A stretch of 64,000 bases of DNA from NCBI GenBank assembly GCA_040954595.2, contig CM082586.2, positions 10,943,337-11,007,336 on the forward strand, in the 5' to 3' direction. The translations under genes were made by a program, and so were the position numbers. The DNA comes from Balanoglossus misakiensis (Eukaryota; Animalia; Hemichordata). Below the pieces are notes generated by a model. It had not been told where the DNA came from and made no database searches. It saw only the letters and a list, made by a program, of their open reading frames with translations. Below, in pieces: positions 1 to 15,000 of the stretch (the stretch's first letter is position 1; every line of letters begins with the position of its first letter).

Positions 1-3000
1 AAATCATGGGTGAAAATCATCAAAAAATTACAAATTTTCGACTTTGCAAAATCTCAAAATTTCGTCGATTTTTGAGAAAAATCATGGGTGAAAATCATCA
101 AAAAATGACAAATTTTCGACTTTGCAAAATCTCAAAATTTTGTCGATTTTTGAAAAAAAATCATGGGTTCGTTGATTTTTGAAAAAAAACATGGGTGAAA
201 ATCATCAAAAAATTACAAATTTTCGAATTTGCAAAATCTCAAAATTTTGTCGATTTTTGAAAAAAATCATGGGTGAAAATCATCAAAAAATGACACATTT
301 TCGACTTTGCAAAATCTCAAAATTTCGTCGATTTTTGAAAAAAATCATGGGTGAAAATCATCAAAAAATGACAAATTTTCGACTTTGCAAAATCTCAAAA
401 TTTCGTCGATTTTTGAAAAAAATCATGGGTTCGTTCAATTTTGAAAAAAAATATGGGTGAAAATCATCAAAAAATTACAAATTTTCGTCTTTGCAAAATC
501 TCAAAATTTCGTCGATTTTTGAAAAAAAAAATCATGGGTAAAAATCATCAAAAAATTACAAATTTTCGACTTTGCAAAATCTAAAAATTTTGTCGATTTT
601 TGAAAAAAATCATGGGTGAAAATCATCAAAAAATGACAAATTTTCGACTTTGCAAAATCTCAAAATTTCGTAGATTTTTGAAAAAAAATCATGGGTTCGT
701 TGATTTTTGAAAAAAAAAGGGTGAAAATCATCAAAAAATTACAAATTTTCGAATTTGCAAAATCTCAAAATTTCGTCGATTTTTGAAAAAAAAAATCATG
801 GGTAAAAATCATCAAAAAATGACAAATTTTCGACTTTGCAAAATCTCAAAATTTCGTCGATTTTTGAAAAAAATCATGGGTTCGTTCAATTTTGAAAAAA
901 AACATGGGTGAAAATCATCAAAAAATTACAAATTTTCGACTTTGCAAAATCTCAAAAATTTGTCGATTTTTGAAAAAAAATCATGGGTGAAAATCATTAA
1001 TAAATGACAAATTTTCGACTTTGCAAAATCTCAAAATTTCGTCGATTTTTGAAAAAAAAAACATGGGTGAAAATCATCAAAAAATGACAAATTTTCGACT
1101 TTGCAAAATCTCAAAATTTCGTCGATTTTTGAAAAAAATCATGGGTTCGTTCAATTTTGAAAAAAAACATGGGTGAAAATCATCAAAAAATTACAAATTT
1201 TCGACTTTGCAAAATCTCAAAATTTTGTCGATTTTTGAAAAAAAATCATGGGTGAAAATCATTAATAAATGACAAATTTTCGACTTTGCAAAATCTCAAA
1301 ATTTCGTCGATTTTTGAAAAAAAATCATGGGTGAAAATCATCAAAAAATTACAAATTTTCGACTTTGCAAAATCTCAAAATTTCGTCGATTTTTGAGAAA
1401 AATCATGGGTGAAAATCATCAAAAAATGACAAATTTTCGACTTTGCAAAATCTCAAAATTTTGTCGATTTTTGAAAAAAAATCATGGGTTCGTTGATTTT
1501 TGAAAAAAAACATGGGTGAAAATCATCAAAAAATTACAAATTTTCGAATTTGCAAAATCTCAAAATTTTGTCGATTTTTGAAAAAAATCATGGGTGAAAA
1601 TCATCAAAAAATGACACATTTTCGACTTTGCAAAATCTCAAAATTTCGTCGATTTTTGAAAAAAATCATGGGTGAAAATCATCAAAAAATGACAAATTTT
1701 CGACTTTGCAAAATCTCAAAATTTCGTCGATTTTTGAAAAAAATCATGGGTTCGTTCAATTTTGAAAAAAAACATGGGTGAAAATCATCAAAAAATTACA
1801 AATTTTCGACTTTGCAAAATCTCAAAAATTTGTCGATTTTTGAAAAAAAATCATGGGTGAAAATCATTAATAAATGATAAATTTTCGACATTGCAAAATC
1901 TCAAAATTTCGTCGATTTTTGAAAAAAAATCATGGGTGAAAATCATCAAAAAATTACAAATTTTCGACTTTGCAAAATCTCAAAATTTCGTCGATTTTTG
2001 AGAAAAATCATGGGTGAAAATCATCAAAAAATGACAAATTTTCGACTTTGCAAAATCTCAAAATTTTGTCGATTTTTGAAAAAAAATCATGGGTTCGTTT
2101 ATTTTTGAAAAAAAATCATGGGTGAAAATCATCAAAAAATTACAAATTTTCGACTTTGCAAAATCTCAAAATTTCGTCGATTTTTGAGAAAAATCATGGG
2201 TGAAAATCATCAAAAAATGACAAATTTTCGACTTTGCAAAATCTCAAAATTTCGTAAATTTTTGAAAAAAAGTCATGGGTGAAAATCATCAAAAAATTAC
2301 AAATTTTCGTCTTTGCAAAATCTCAAAATTTCGTCGATTTTTGAAAAAAAAAAATCATGGGTAAAAATCATCAAAAAATTACAAATTTTCGACTTTGCAA
2401 AATCTAAAAATTTTGTCGATTTTTGAAAAAAATCATGGGTGAAAATCATCAAAAAATGACAAATTTTCGACTTTGCAAAATCTCAAAATTTCGTAGATTT
2501 TTGAAAAAAAACATGGGTGAAAATCATCAAAAAATGACAAATTTTCGACTTTGCAAAATCTCAAATTTCGTCGATTTTTGAAAAAAATCATGGGTGAAAA
2601 TCATCAAAAAATGACAAATTTTCGTCTTTGCAAAATCCCAAAATTTGGTCGATTTTTGAAAAACAAAATCATGGGAAAAAATCATCAAAAAATGACAAAT
2701 TTTCGACTTTGCAAAATCTCAAAATTTCGTAAATTTTTGAAAAAAAGTCATGGGTGAAAATCATCAAAAAATTACAAATTTTCGTCTTTGCAAAATCTCA
2801 AAATTTCGTCGATTTTTGAAAAAAAAAATCATGGGTAAAAATCATCAAAAAATGACAAATTTTCGACTTTGCAAAATCTAAAAATTTTGTCGATTTTTGA
2901 AAAAAACAATCTTGGTGAAAATCATCAAAAAATGACAAATTTTCGACTTTGCAAAATCTCAAAATGTTGTCAATTTTTTAAAAAAATCATGAGTTCGTTG

Positions 3001-6000
3001 ATTTTTAAAAAAAAACATTGGTGTCAATTTTTGAAAAAAATCATGGGTTCGTTGATTTTTAAAAAAAAACATTGGTGAAAATCATCAAAAAATTACAAAT
3101 TTTCGACTTTGCAAAATCTCAAAATTTCGTACATTTTTGAAAAAAAATCATGGGTGAAAATCATCAAAAAATGACAAATTTTCGACTTTGCAAAATCTCA
3201 AAATTTCGTCGATTTTTGAAAAAAATCACGGGTGAAAATCATCAAAAAATGACAAATTTTCGTCTTTGCTAAATCTCAAAATTTCGTCGATTTTTGAAAA
3301 AAATCATGGGTGAAAATCATCAAAAAATGACAAATTTTCGACTTTGCAAAATCTCAAAATTTCGTACATTTTTAAAAAAAAATCATGGGTGAAATTCATC
3401 AAAAAATGACAAATTTTCGTCTTTGCAAAATCTCAAAATTTCGCCGATTTTTGAAAAAAACAATCATGGTGAAAATCATCAAAAAATGACAAATTTTCGA
3501 CTTTGCAAAATCTCAAAATGTTGTCAATTTTTTAAAAAAATCATGAGTTCGTTGATTTTTAAAAAAAAACATTGGTGTCAATTTTTGAAAAAAATCATGG
3601 GTTCGTTGATTTTTAAAAAAAAACATTGGTGAAAATCATCAAAAAATTACAAATTTTCGACTTTGCAAAATCTAAAAATTTCGTACATTTTTGAAAAAAA
3701 ATCATGGGTGAAAATCATCAAAAAATGACAAATTTTCGTCTTTGCAAAATCTCAAAATTTCGTCGTTTTTTAAAAAAAAATCATGGTGAAAATCATCAAA
3801 AAATGACAAATTGTCGACTTTGCAAAATCTAAAAATTTTGTCGATTTTTGAAAAAAATCATGGGTGAAAATAATCAAAAAATGACAAATTTTCGACTTTG
3901 CAAAATCTCAAAATTTCGTCGATTTTTGAAAAAAATCATGGGTGAAAATCATCAAAAAATGACAAATTTTCGACTTTGCAAAATCTCAAAATTTCGTCGA
4001 TTTTTGAGAAAAATCATGGGTGAAAATCATCAAAAAACGACAAATTTTCGTCTTTGCAAAATCTCAAAATTTCGTCGATTTTTGAAAAAAATCATGGGTG
4101 AAAATCATCAAAAAATGACAATTTTTTGTCTTTGCAAAATCTCAAAATTTGGTCGATTTTTGAAAAACAAAATCATGGGAAAAAATCATCAAAAAATGAC
4201 AAATTTTCGACTTTGCAAAATCTCAAAATTTCGTCGATTTTGGAAAAAAAAACATGGGTGAAAATCATCAAAAAATTACAAATTTTCGACTTTGCAAAAT
4301 CTCAAAATTTTGTCGATTTTTGAAAAAAAATCATGGGTGAAAATCATTAATAAATGACAAATTTTCGACTTTGCAAAATCTCAAAATTTCGTCGATTTTT
4401 GAAAAAAAATCATGGGTGAAAATCATCAAAAAATGACAAATTTTCGACTTTGCAAAATCTCAAAATTTCGTCGATTTTTGAGAAAAATCATGGGTGAAAA
4501 TCATCAAAAAATGACAAATTTTCGACTTTGCAAAATCTCAAAATTTTGTCGATTTTTGAAAAAAAATCATGGGTTCGTTGATTTTTGAAAAAAAACATGG
4601 GTGAAAATCATCAAAAAAGTACAAATTTTCGACTTTGCAAAATCTCAAAATTTCGTAAATTTTTGAAAAAAAGTCATGGGTGAAAATCATCAAAAAATGA
4701 CAAATTATCGACTTTGCAAAATCTCACAATTTTGTCGATTTTTGAAAAAAAATCATGGGTTCGTTGATTTTTTAAAAAAAACATGGGTGAAAATCATCAA
4801 AAAATTACAAATTTTCGAATTTGCAAAATCTCAAAATTTCGTCGATTTTTGAAAAAAAAACATGGGTGAAAATCATCAAAAAATGACAAATTTTCGACTT
4901 TGCAAAATCTCAAAATTTCGTAAATTTTTGAAAAAAAGTCATGGGTGAAAATCATCAAAAAATTACAAATTTTCGTCTTTGCAAAATCTCAAAATCTCGT
5001 CGATTTTTGAAAAAAATCATGGGTGAAAATCATCAAAAAATGACAAATTTTCGACTTTGCAAAATCTCAAAATTTTGTCGATTTTTGAAAAAAAATCATG
5101 GGTTCGTTGATTTTTGAAAAAAAACATGGGTGAAAATCATCAAAAAATTACAAATTTTCGACTTTTCAAAATCTCAAAATTTCGTAAATATTTGAAAAAA
5201 AGTCATGGGTGAAAATCATCAAAAAATTACAAATTTTCGTCTTTGCAAAATCTCAAAATTTCGTCGATTTTTGAAAAAAAAAATCATGGGTAAAAATCAT
5301 CAAAAAATAAAAAAATTTCGACTTTGCAAAATCTAAAAATTTTGTCGATTTTTGAAAAAAATCATGGGTGAAAATCATCAAAAAATGACAAATTTTCGAC
5401 TTTGCAAAATCTCAAAATTTCGTCGATTTTTGAAAAAAATCATGGGTTCGTTCAATTTTAAAAAAAAACATGGGTGAAAATCATCAAAAAATTACAAATT
5501 TTCGACTTTGCAAAATCTCAAAATTTTGTCGATTTTTGAAAAAAAATCATGGGTGAAAATCATTAATAAATGACAAATTTTCGACTTTGCAAAATCTCAA
5601 AATTTCGTCGATTTTTGAAAAAAAATCATGGGTGAAAATCATCAAAAAATTACAAATTTTCGACTTTGCAAAATCTCAAAATTTCGTCGATTTTTGAGAA
5701 AAATCATGGGTGAAAATCATCAAAAAATGACAAATTTTCGACTTTGCAAAAACTCAAAATTTTGTCGATTTTTGAAAAAAAATCATGGGTTCGTTGATTT
5801 TTGAAAAAATACATGGGTGAAAATCATCAAAAAATTACAAATTTTCGAATTTGCAAAATCTCAAAATTTTGTCGATTTTTGAAAAAAATCATGGGTGAAA
5901 ATAATCAAAAAATTACAAATTTTCGACTTTGCAAAATCTAAAAATTTTGTCGATTTTTGAAAAAAATCATGGGTGAAAATCATCAAAAAATGACAAATTT

Positions 6001-9000
6001 TCGACTTTGCAAAATCTCAAAATTGTGTCGATTTTTGAAAAAAAATCATGGGTTCGTTGATTTTTGAAAAAAAACATGGGTGAAAATCATCAAAAAATTA
6101 CAAATTTTCGAATTTGCAAAATCTCAAAATTTCTTAAATTTTTGAAAAAAAGTCATGGGTGAAAATCATCAAAAAATTACAAATTTTCGTCCTTGCAAAA
6201 TCTCAAAATTTCGTCGATTTTTGAAAAAAAAAATCATGGGTAAAAATCATCAAAAAATTACAAATTTTCGACTTTGCAAAATCTAAAAATTTTGTCGATT
6301 TTTGAAAAAAATCATGGGTGAAAATCATCAAAAAATGACAAATTTTCGACTTTGCAAAATCTCAAAATTTCGTAGATTTTTGAAAAAAAAAATCATGGGT
6401 AAAAATCATCAAAAAATTACAAATTTTCGACTTTGCAAAATCTAAAAATTTTGTCGATTTTTGAAAACAATCATGGGTGAAAATCATCAAAAAATGACAA
6501 ATTTTCGACTTTGCAAAATCTCAAAATTTTGTCGATTTTTGAAAAAAAATCATGGGTGAAAATCATTAATAAATGACAAATTTTCGACTTTGCAAAATCT
6601 CAAAATTTCGTCGATTTTTGAAAAAAAATCATGGGTGAAAATCATCAAAAAATTACAAATTTTCGACTTTGCAAAATCTCAAAATTTCGTCGATTTTTGA
6701 AAAAAAATCATGGGTGAAAATCATCAAAAAATTACAAATTTTCGACTTTGCAAAATCTCAAAATTTTGTCGATTTTTGAAAAAAAATCATGGGTTCGTTG
6801 ATTTTTGAAAAAAAACATGGGTGAAAATCATCAAAAAATTACAAATTTTCGAATTTGCAAAATCACAAAATTTCGTCGATTTTTGAAAAAAAAACATGGG
6901 TGAAAATCATCAAAAAATTACAAATTTTCGACTTTGCAAAATCTCAAAATTTCGTAAATTTTTGAAAAAAAGTCATGGGTGAAAATCATCAAAAAATTAC
7001 AAATTTTCGTCTTTGCAAAATCTCAAAATTTCGTCGATTTTTGAAAAAAAAAATCATGGGTAAAAATCATCAAAAAATTACAAATTTTCGACTTTGCAAA
7101 ATCTAAAAATTTTGTCGATTTTTGAAAAAAATCATGGGTGAAAATCATCAAAAAATGACAAATTTTCGTCTTTGCAAAATCTCAAAATTTCGTCCATTTT
7201 TGAATAAAAATCATGGGTGAAAATCATCAAAAAATGACACATTTTCGTCTTTGCTAAATCTCAAAATTTCGTCGGTTTTTGAAAAATAATATGGGTGAAA
7301 ATCATCAAAAAATGACAAATTTTCGACTTTGCAAAATCTCAAAATTTCGTCCATTTTTGAAAAAAATCATAGGTTCGTCGATTTCTAAAAAAAAACATGG
7401 GTGAAAATCATCAAAAAATGACAAATTTTCGACTTTGCAAAATCTCAAAATTTCGTCGATTTTTGAAAAAAATCATGGGTGAAAATCATCAAAAAATGAC
7501 AAATTTTCGACTTCGCAAAATCTCAAAATTTCGTCAATTTTTGAAAAAATCAGGGGTAAAAATCATCAAAAAATGACAAATTTTCGTCTTTGCTAAATCT
7601 CAAAATTTCGTCGGTTTTTGAAAAATAATATGGGTGAAAATCATCAAAAAATGACAAATTTTCGACTTTGCAAAATCTCAAAATTTCGTCCATTTTTGAA
7701 AAAAAATCATGGGTAAAAATCATCAAAAAATGACAAATTTTCGTCTTTGCAAAATCTCAAAATTTCTTCCATTTAAAAAAAAAAGCATGGGGGAAAATCA
7801 TCAAAAAATGACAAATTTTCGTCTTTGCAAAATCTCAAAATTTCGTCCATTTAAAAAAAAAAACATGGGTGAAAATCATCAAAAAATGACAAATTTTTGA
7901 CTTTTCAAAATCTCACAATTTCGTCGATTTTTGAAAAAAATCATGGGTGAAAATCATCAAAAAATGACAAATTATCGACTTTGCAAAATCTCAAAATTTC
8001 GTCGATTTTGAAAAAAACCATTGGGGGAAAATCATCAAAAAATGACAAATTATCGACTTTGCAAAATCTCAAAATTTCGTCCATTTTAAAAAAAAAACAT
8101 GGGGGAAAATCATCAAAAAATGACAAATTATCGACTTTGCACAATCTCACAATTTCGTCGATTTTTGAAAAAAATCATGGGTGAAAATCATCAAAAAATT
8201 ACAAATTTTCGACTTTGCAAAATCTCAACATTTCGTCGATTTTTGAAAAAAATCATGGGTGAAAATCATCAAAAAATGACAAATTTTCGACTTTGCAAAA
8301 TCTCACAATTTCGTCGATTTTTGAAAAAAATCATGGGTGAAAATCATCAAAAAATGACAAATTTTCGACTTTGCAAAATCTCAACATTTCGTCGATTTTT
8401 GAAAAAAATCATGGGTGAAAATCATCAAAAAATTACAAATTTTCGACTTTGCAAAATCTCAAAATTTCGTCGATTTTTGAAAAAAAATCATGGGTGAAAA
8501 TCATCAAAAAATTACAAATTTTCGACTTTGCAAAATCTCAAAATTTTGTCGATTTTTGAAAAAAAATCATGGGTTCGTTGATTTTTGAAAAAAAACATGG
8601 GTGAAAATCATCAAAAAATTACAAATTTTCGACTTTGCAAAATCTCAAAATTTCGTAAATTTTTGAAAAAAAGTCATGGGTGAAAATCATCAAAAAATTA
8701 CAAATTTTCGTCTTTGCAAAATCTCAAAATTTCGTCGATTTTTGAAAAAAAAAATCATGGGTAAAAATCATCAAAAAATTACAAATTTTCGACTTTGCAA
8801 AATCTAAAAATTTTGTCGATTTTTGAAAAAAATCATGGGTGAAAATCATCAAAAAATGACAAATTTTCGTCTTTGCAAAATCTCAAAATTTCGTCCATTT
8901 TTGAATAAAAATCATGGGTGAAAATCATCAAAAAATGACACATTTTCGACTTTGCAAAATCTAAAAATTTCGTCGATTTTTGAAAAAAATCATGGTTGAA

Positions 9001-12000
9001 AATCATCAAAAAATGACAAAATTTTCGACTTTGTAAAATCACAAAATTTCGTCGATTTTGAAAAAAATCATAGGTTCGTCGATTTCTAAAAAAAAACATG
9101 GGTGAAAATCATCAAAAAATGACAAATTTTCGACTTTGCAAAATCTCAAAATTTCGTCGATTTTTGAAAAAAATCATGGGTGAAAATCATCAAAAAATGA
9201 CAAATTTTCGACTTCGCAAAATCTCAAAATTTCGTCAATTTTTGAAAAAATCAGGGGTAAAAATCATCAAAAAATGACAAATTTTCGTCTTTGCTAAATC
9301 TCAATATTTCGTCGGTTTTTGAAAAATAATATGGGTGAAAATCATCAAAAAATGACAAATTTTCGACTTTGCAAAATCTCACAATTTCGTCGATTTTTGA
9401 AAAAAATCATGGGTGAAAATCATCAAAAAATGACAAATTATCGACTTTGCAAAATCTCAAAATTTCGTCGATTTTGAAAAAAACCATTGGGGGAAAATCA
9501 TCAAAAAATGACAAATTATCGACTTTGCAAAATCTCAAAATTTCGTCCATTTTAAAAAAAAAACATGGGGGAAAATCATCAAAAAATGACAAATTTTCGA
9601 CTTTGCAAAATCTCAAAATTTCGTCGATTTTGAAAAAAAACATTGGGGGAAAATCATCAAAAAATGACAAATTATCGACTTTGCACAATCTCACAATTTC
9701 GTCGATTTTTGAAAAAAATCATGGGTGAAAATCATCAAAAAATTACAAATTTTCGACTTTGCAAAATCTCAACATTTCGTCGATTTTTGAAAAAAATCAT
9801 GGGTGAAAATCATCAAAAAATGACAAATTTTCGACTTTGCAAAATCTCACAATTTCGTCGATTTTTGAAAAAAATCATGGGTGAAAATCATCAAAAAATT
9901 ACAAATTTTCGACTTTGCAAAATCTCAACATTTCGTCGATTTTTGAAAAAAATCATGGGTGAAAATCATCAAAAAATGACAAATTTTCGACTTTGCAAAA
10001 TCTCAAAATTTCGTCAATTTTTGAAAAAATCATGGGTGAAAATCATCAAAAAATGACAAATTTTCGTCTTTGCAAAATCTCAAAATTTCGTCGGTTTTTG
10101 AAAAATAATATGGTTGAAAATCATCAAAACATGACAAAATTATCGACTTTGCAAAATCTCACAATTTCGTCGATTTTTGAAAAAAAATCATGGGTGAAAA
10201 TCATCAAAAAATTACAAATTTTCGACTTTGCAAAATCTCAACATTTCGTCGATTTTTGAAAAAAATCATGGGTGAAAATCATCAAAAAATGACAAATTTT
10301 CGACTTTGCAAAATCTCAAAATTTCGTCCATTTTAAAAAAAAAACATGGGGGAAAATCATCAAAAAATGAGAATATTTTCGACTTTGCAAAATCTCAAAA
10401 TTTCGTCGATTTTGAAAAAAATCATAGGTTCGTCGATTTAAAAAAAAAACATGGGTGAAAATCATCAAAAAATGACAAATTTTCGACTTTGCAAAATCTC
10501 ACAATTTCGTCGATTTTTGAAAAAAATCATGGGAGAAAATCATCAAAAAATGACAAATTTTCGACTTTGCAAAATCTCAACATTTCGTCGATTTTTGAAA
10601 AAAATCATGGGTGAAAATCATCAAAAAATGACAAATTTTCGACTTTGCAAAATCTCAAAATTTCGTCGATTTTTGAAAAAAAATCATGGGTGTAAATCAT
10701 CAAAAAATGACAAATTTTCGTCTTTGCAAAATCTCAAAATTTCGTCCATTTTTGAATAAAAATCATGGGTGAAAATCATCAAAAAATGACAAATTTTCGA
10801 CTTTGCAAAATCTAAAAATTACGTCGATTTTTGAAAAAAATCATGGGTGTAAATCATCAAAAAATGACAAATTTTCGTCTTTGCAAAATCTCAAAATTTC
10901 GTCCATTTTTGAATAAAAATCATGGGTGTAAATCATCAAAAAATGACAAATTTTCGACTTTGCAAAATCTAAAAATTTCGTCGAATTTTTGAAAAAAATC
11001 ATGGTTGAAAATCATCAAAAAATGACAAAATTTTCGACTTTGTAAAATCACAAAATTTCGTCGATTTTGAAAAAAATCATGGGTGTAAATCATCAAAAAA
11101 TGACAAATTTTCGTCTTTGCAAAATCTCAAAATTTCGTCCATTTTTGAATAAAAATCATGGGTGAAAATCATCAAAAAATGACAAATTTTCGTCTTTGCA
11201 AAATCTCAAAATTTCGTCGATTTTTGAAAAAAAATCATGGGTGTAAATCATCAAAAAATGACAAATTTTCGTCTTTGCAAAATCTCAAAATTTCGTCCAT
11301 TTTTGAATAAAAATCATGGGTGAAAATCATCAAAAAATGACAAATTTTCGACTTTGCAAAATCTAAAAATTTCGTCGATTTTTGAAAAAAATCATGGGTG
11401 TAAATCATCAAAAAATGACAAATTTTCGTCTTTGCAAAATCTCAAAATTTCGTCCATTTTTGAATAAAAATCATGGGTGTAAATCATCAAAAAATGACAA
11501 ATTTTCGACTTTGCAAAATCTAAAAATTTCGTCGATTTTTGAAAAAAATCATGGTTGAAAATCATCAAAAAATGACAAAATTTTCGACTTTGTAAAATCA
11601 CAAAATTTCGTCGATTTTGAAAAAAATCATAGGTTCGTCGATTTCTAAAAAAAAACATTGGTGAAAATCATCAAAAAATGACAAATTTTCGACTTTGCAA
11701 AATCTCAAAATTTCGTCGATTTTTGAAAAAAATCATGGGTGAAAATCATCAAAAAATGACAAATTTTCGACTTCGCAAAATCTCAAAATTTCGTCAATTT
11801 TTGAAAAAATCAGGGGTAAAAATCATCAAAAAATGACAAATTTTCGTCTTTGCTAAATCTCAAAATTTCGTCGGTTTTTGAAAAATAATATGGGTGAAAA
11901 TCATCAAAAAATGACAAATTTTCGACTTTGCAAAATCTCAACATTTCGTCGATTTTTGAAAAAAATCATGGGTGAAAATCATCAAAAAATGACAAATTTT

Positions 12001-15000
12001 CGACTTTGCAAAATCTCAAAATTTCGTCCATTTTAAAAAAAAAACATGGGGGAAAATCATCAAAAAATGAGAAAATTTTCGACTTTGCAAAATCTCAAAA
12101 TTTCGTCGATTTTGAAAAAAATCATAGGTTCGTCGATTTAAAAAAAAAAACATGGGTGAAAATCATCAAAAAATGACAAATTTTCGACTTTGCAAAATCT
12201 CACAATTTCGTCGATTTTTGAAAAAAATCATGGGAGAAAATCATCAAAAAATGACAAATTTTCGACTTTGCAAAATCTCAACATTTCGTCGATTTTTGAA
12301 AAAAATCATGGGTGAAAATCATCAAAAAATGACAAATTTTCGACTTTGCAAAATCTCACAATTTCGTCGATTTTTGAAAAAAATCATGGGTGAAAATCAT
12401 CAAAAAATTACAAATTTTCGACTTTGCAAAATCTCAACATTTCGTCAATTTTTGAAAAAATCATGGGTGAAAATCATCAAAAAATGACAAATTTTCGTCT
12501 TTGCAAAATCTCAAAATTTCGTCGGTTTTTGAAAAATAATATGGTTGAAAATCATCAAAAAATGACAAAATTATCGACTTTGCAAAATCTCACAATTTCG
12601 TCGATTTTTGAAAAAAAATCATGGGTGAAAATCATCAAAAAATGACAAATTTTCGACTTTGCAAAATCTCAAAATTTCGTCCATTTTAAAAAAAAAACAT
12701 GGGGGAAAATCATCAAAAAATGAGAAAATTTTCGACTTTGCAAAATCTCAAAATTTCGTCGATTTTGAAAAAAATCATAGGTTCGTCGATTTAAAAAAAA
12801 AACATGGGTGAAAATCATCAAAAAATGACAAATTTTCGACTTTGCAAAATCTCACAATTTCGTCGATTTTTGAAAAAAATCATGGGAGAAAATCATCAAA
12901 AAATGACAAATTTTCGACTTTGCAAAATCTCAACATTTCGTCGATTTTTGAAAAAAATCATGGGTGAAAATCATCAAAAAATGACAAATTTTCGACTTTG
13001 CAAAATCTCAAAATTTCGTCGATTTTTGAAAAAAAATCATGGGTGTAAATCATCAAAAAATGACAAATTTTCGTCTTTGCAAAATCTCAAAATTTCGTCC
13101 ATTTTTGAATAAAAATCATGGGTGAAAATCATCAAAAAATGACACATTTTCGACTTTGCAAAATCTAAAAATTTCGTCGATTTTTGAAAAAAATCATGGT
13201 TGAAAATCATCAAAAAATGACAAAATTTTCGACTTTGTAAAATCACAAAATTTCGTCGATTTTGAAAAAAATCATAGGTTCGTCGATTTCTAAAAAAAAA
13301 CATGGGTGAAAATCATCAAAAAATGACAAATTTTCGACTTTGCAAAATCTCAAAATTTCGTCGATTTTTGAAAAAAATCATGGGTGAAAATCATCAAAAA
13401 ATGACAAATTTTCGACTTCGCAAAATCTCAAAATTTCGTCAATTTTTGAAAAAATCAGGGGTAAAAATCATCAAAAAATGACAAATTTTCGTCTTTGCTA
13501 AATCTCAAAATTTCGTCGGTTTTTGAAAAATAATATGGGTGAAAATCATCAAAAAATGACAAATTTTCGACTTTGCAAAATCTCAACATTTCGTCGATTT
13601 TTGAAAAAAATCATGGGTGAAAATCATCAAAAAATGACAAATTTTCGACTTTGCAAAATCTCAAAATTTCGTCCATTTTAAAAAAAAAACATTGGGGAAA
13701 ATCATCAAAAAATGAGAAAATTTTCGACTTTGCAAAATCTCAAAATTTCGTCGATTTTGAAAAAAATCATAGGTTCGTCGATTTAAAAAAAAAAACATGG
13801 GTGAAAATCATCAAAAAATGACAAATTTTCGACTTTGCAAAATCTCAACATTTCGTCGATTTTTGAAAAAAATCATGGGTGAAAATCATCAAAAAATGAC
13901 AAATTATCGACTTTGCAAAATCTCACAATTTCGTAGATTTTTGAAAAAAATCATGGGTGAAAATCATCAAAAAATTACAAATTTTCGAATTTGCAAAATC
14001 TCAATATTTCGTCGATTTTTTAAAAAAATCATGGGTGAAAATCATCAAAAAATGACAAATTTTCGACTTTGCAAAATCTCAAAATTTCGTCAATTTTTGA
14101 AAAAAATCATGGGTGAAAATCATCAAAAAATGACAAATTTTCGACTTTGCAAAATCTCAAAATTTCGTCAATTTTTGAAAAAAATCATGGGTGAAAATCA
14201 TCAAAAAATGACAAATTTTCGACTTTGCAAAATCTCAACATTTCATCGATTTTTGAAAAAAAATCATGGTTGAAAATCATCAAAAAATGACAAATTTTCG
14301 TCTTTGCAAAATCTCAAAATTTCGTCCATTTTTGAATAAAAATCATGGGTGAAAATCATCAAAAAATGACATATTTTCGACTTTGCAAAATCTAAAAATT
14401 TCGTCGATTTTTGAAAAAAATCATGGGTGATAATCATCAAAAAATGACAAATTATCGACTTTGCAAAATCTCAAAATTTCGTCGATTTTGAAAAAAACCA
14501 TTGGGGGAAAATCATCAAAAAATGACAAATTATCGACTTTGCAAAATCTCAAAATTTCGTCCATTTTAAAAAAAAAACATGGGGGAAAATCATCAAAAAA
14601 TGACAAATTTTCGACTTTGCAAAATCTCAACATTTCATCGATTTTTGAAAAAAATCATGGGTGAAAATCATCAAAAAATGACAAATTTTCGTCTATGCAA
14701 AATCTCAAAATTTTGTCGGTTTTTGAAAAATAATATGGTTGAAAATCATCAAAAAATGACAAAATTATCGACTTTGCAAAATCTCACAATTTCGTCGATT
14801 TTTGAAAAAAAATCATGGGTGAAAATCATCAAAAAATTACAAATTTTCGACTTTGCAAAATCTCAACATTTCGTCGATTTTTGAAAAAAATCATGGGTGA
14901 AAATCATCAAAAAATTACAAATTTTCGACTTTGCAAAATCTCAACATTTCGTCGATTTTTGAAAAAAATCATGGGTGAAAATCATCAAAAAATGACAAAT

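Noticed and set aside
1-78. CENP-B box in the satellite monomer
   Set aside because: TTCG is present but the required downstream A..CGGG positions are absent.
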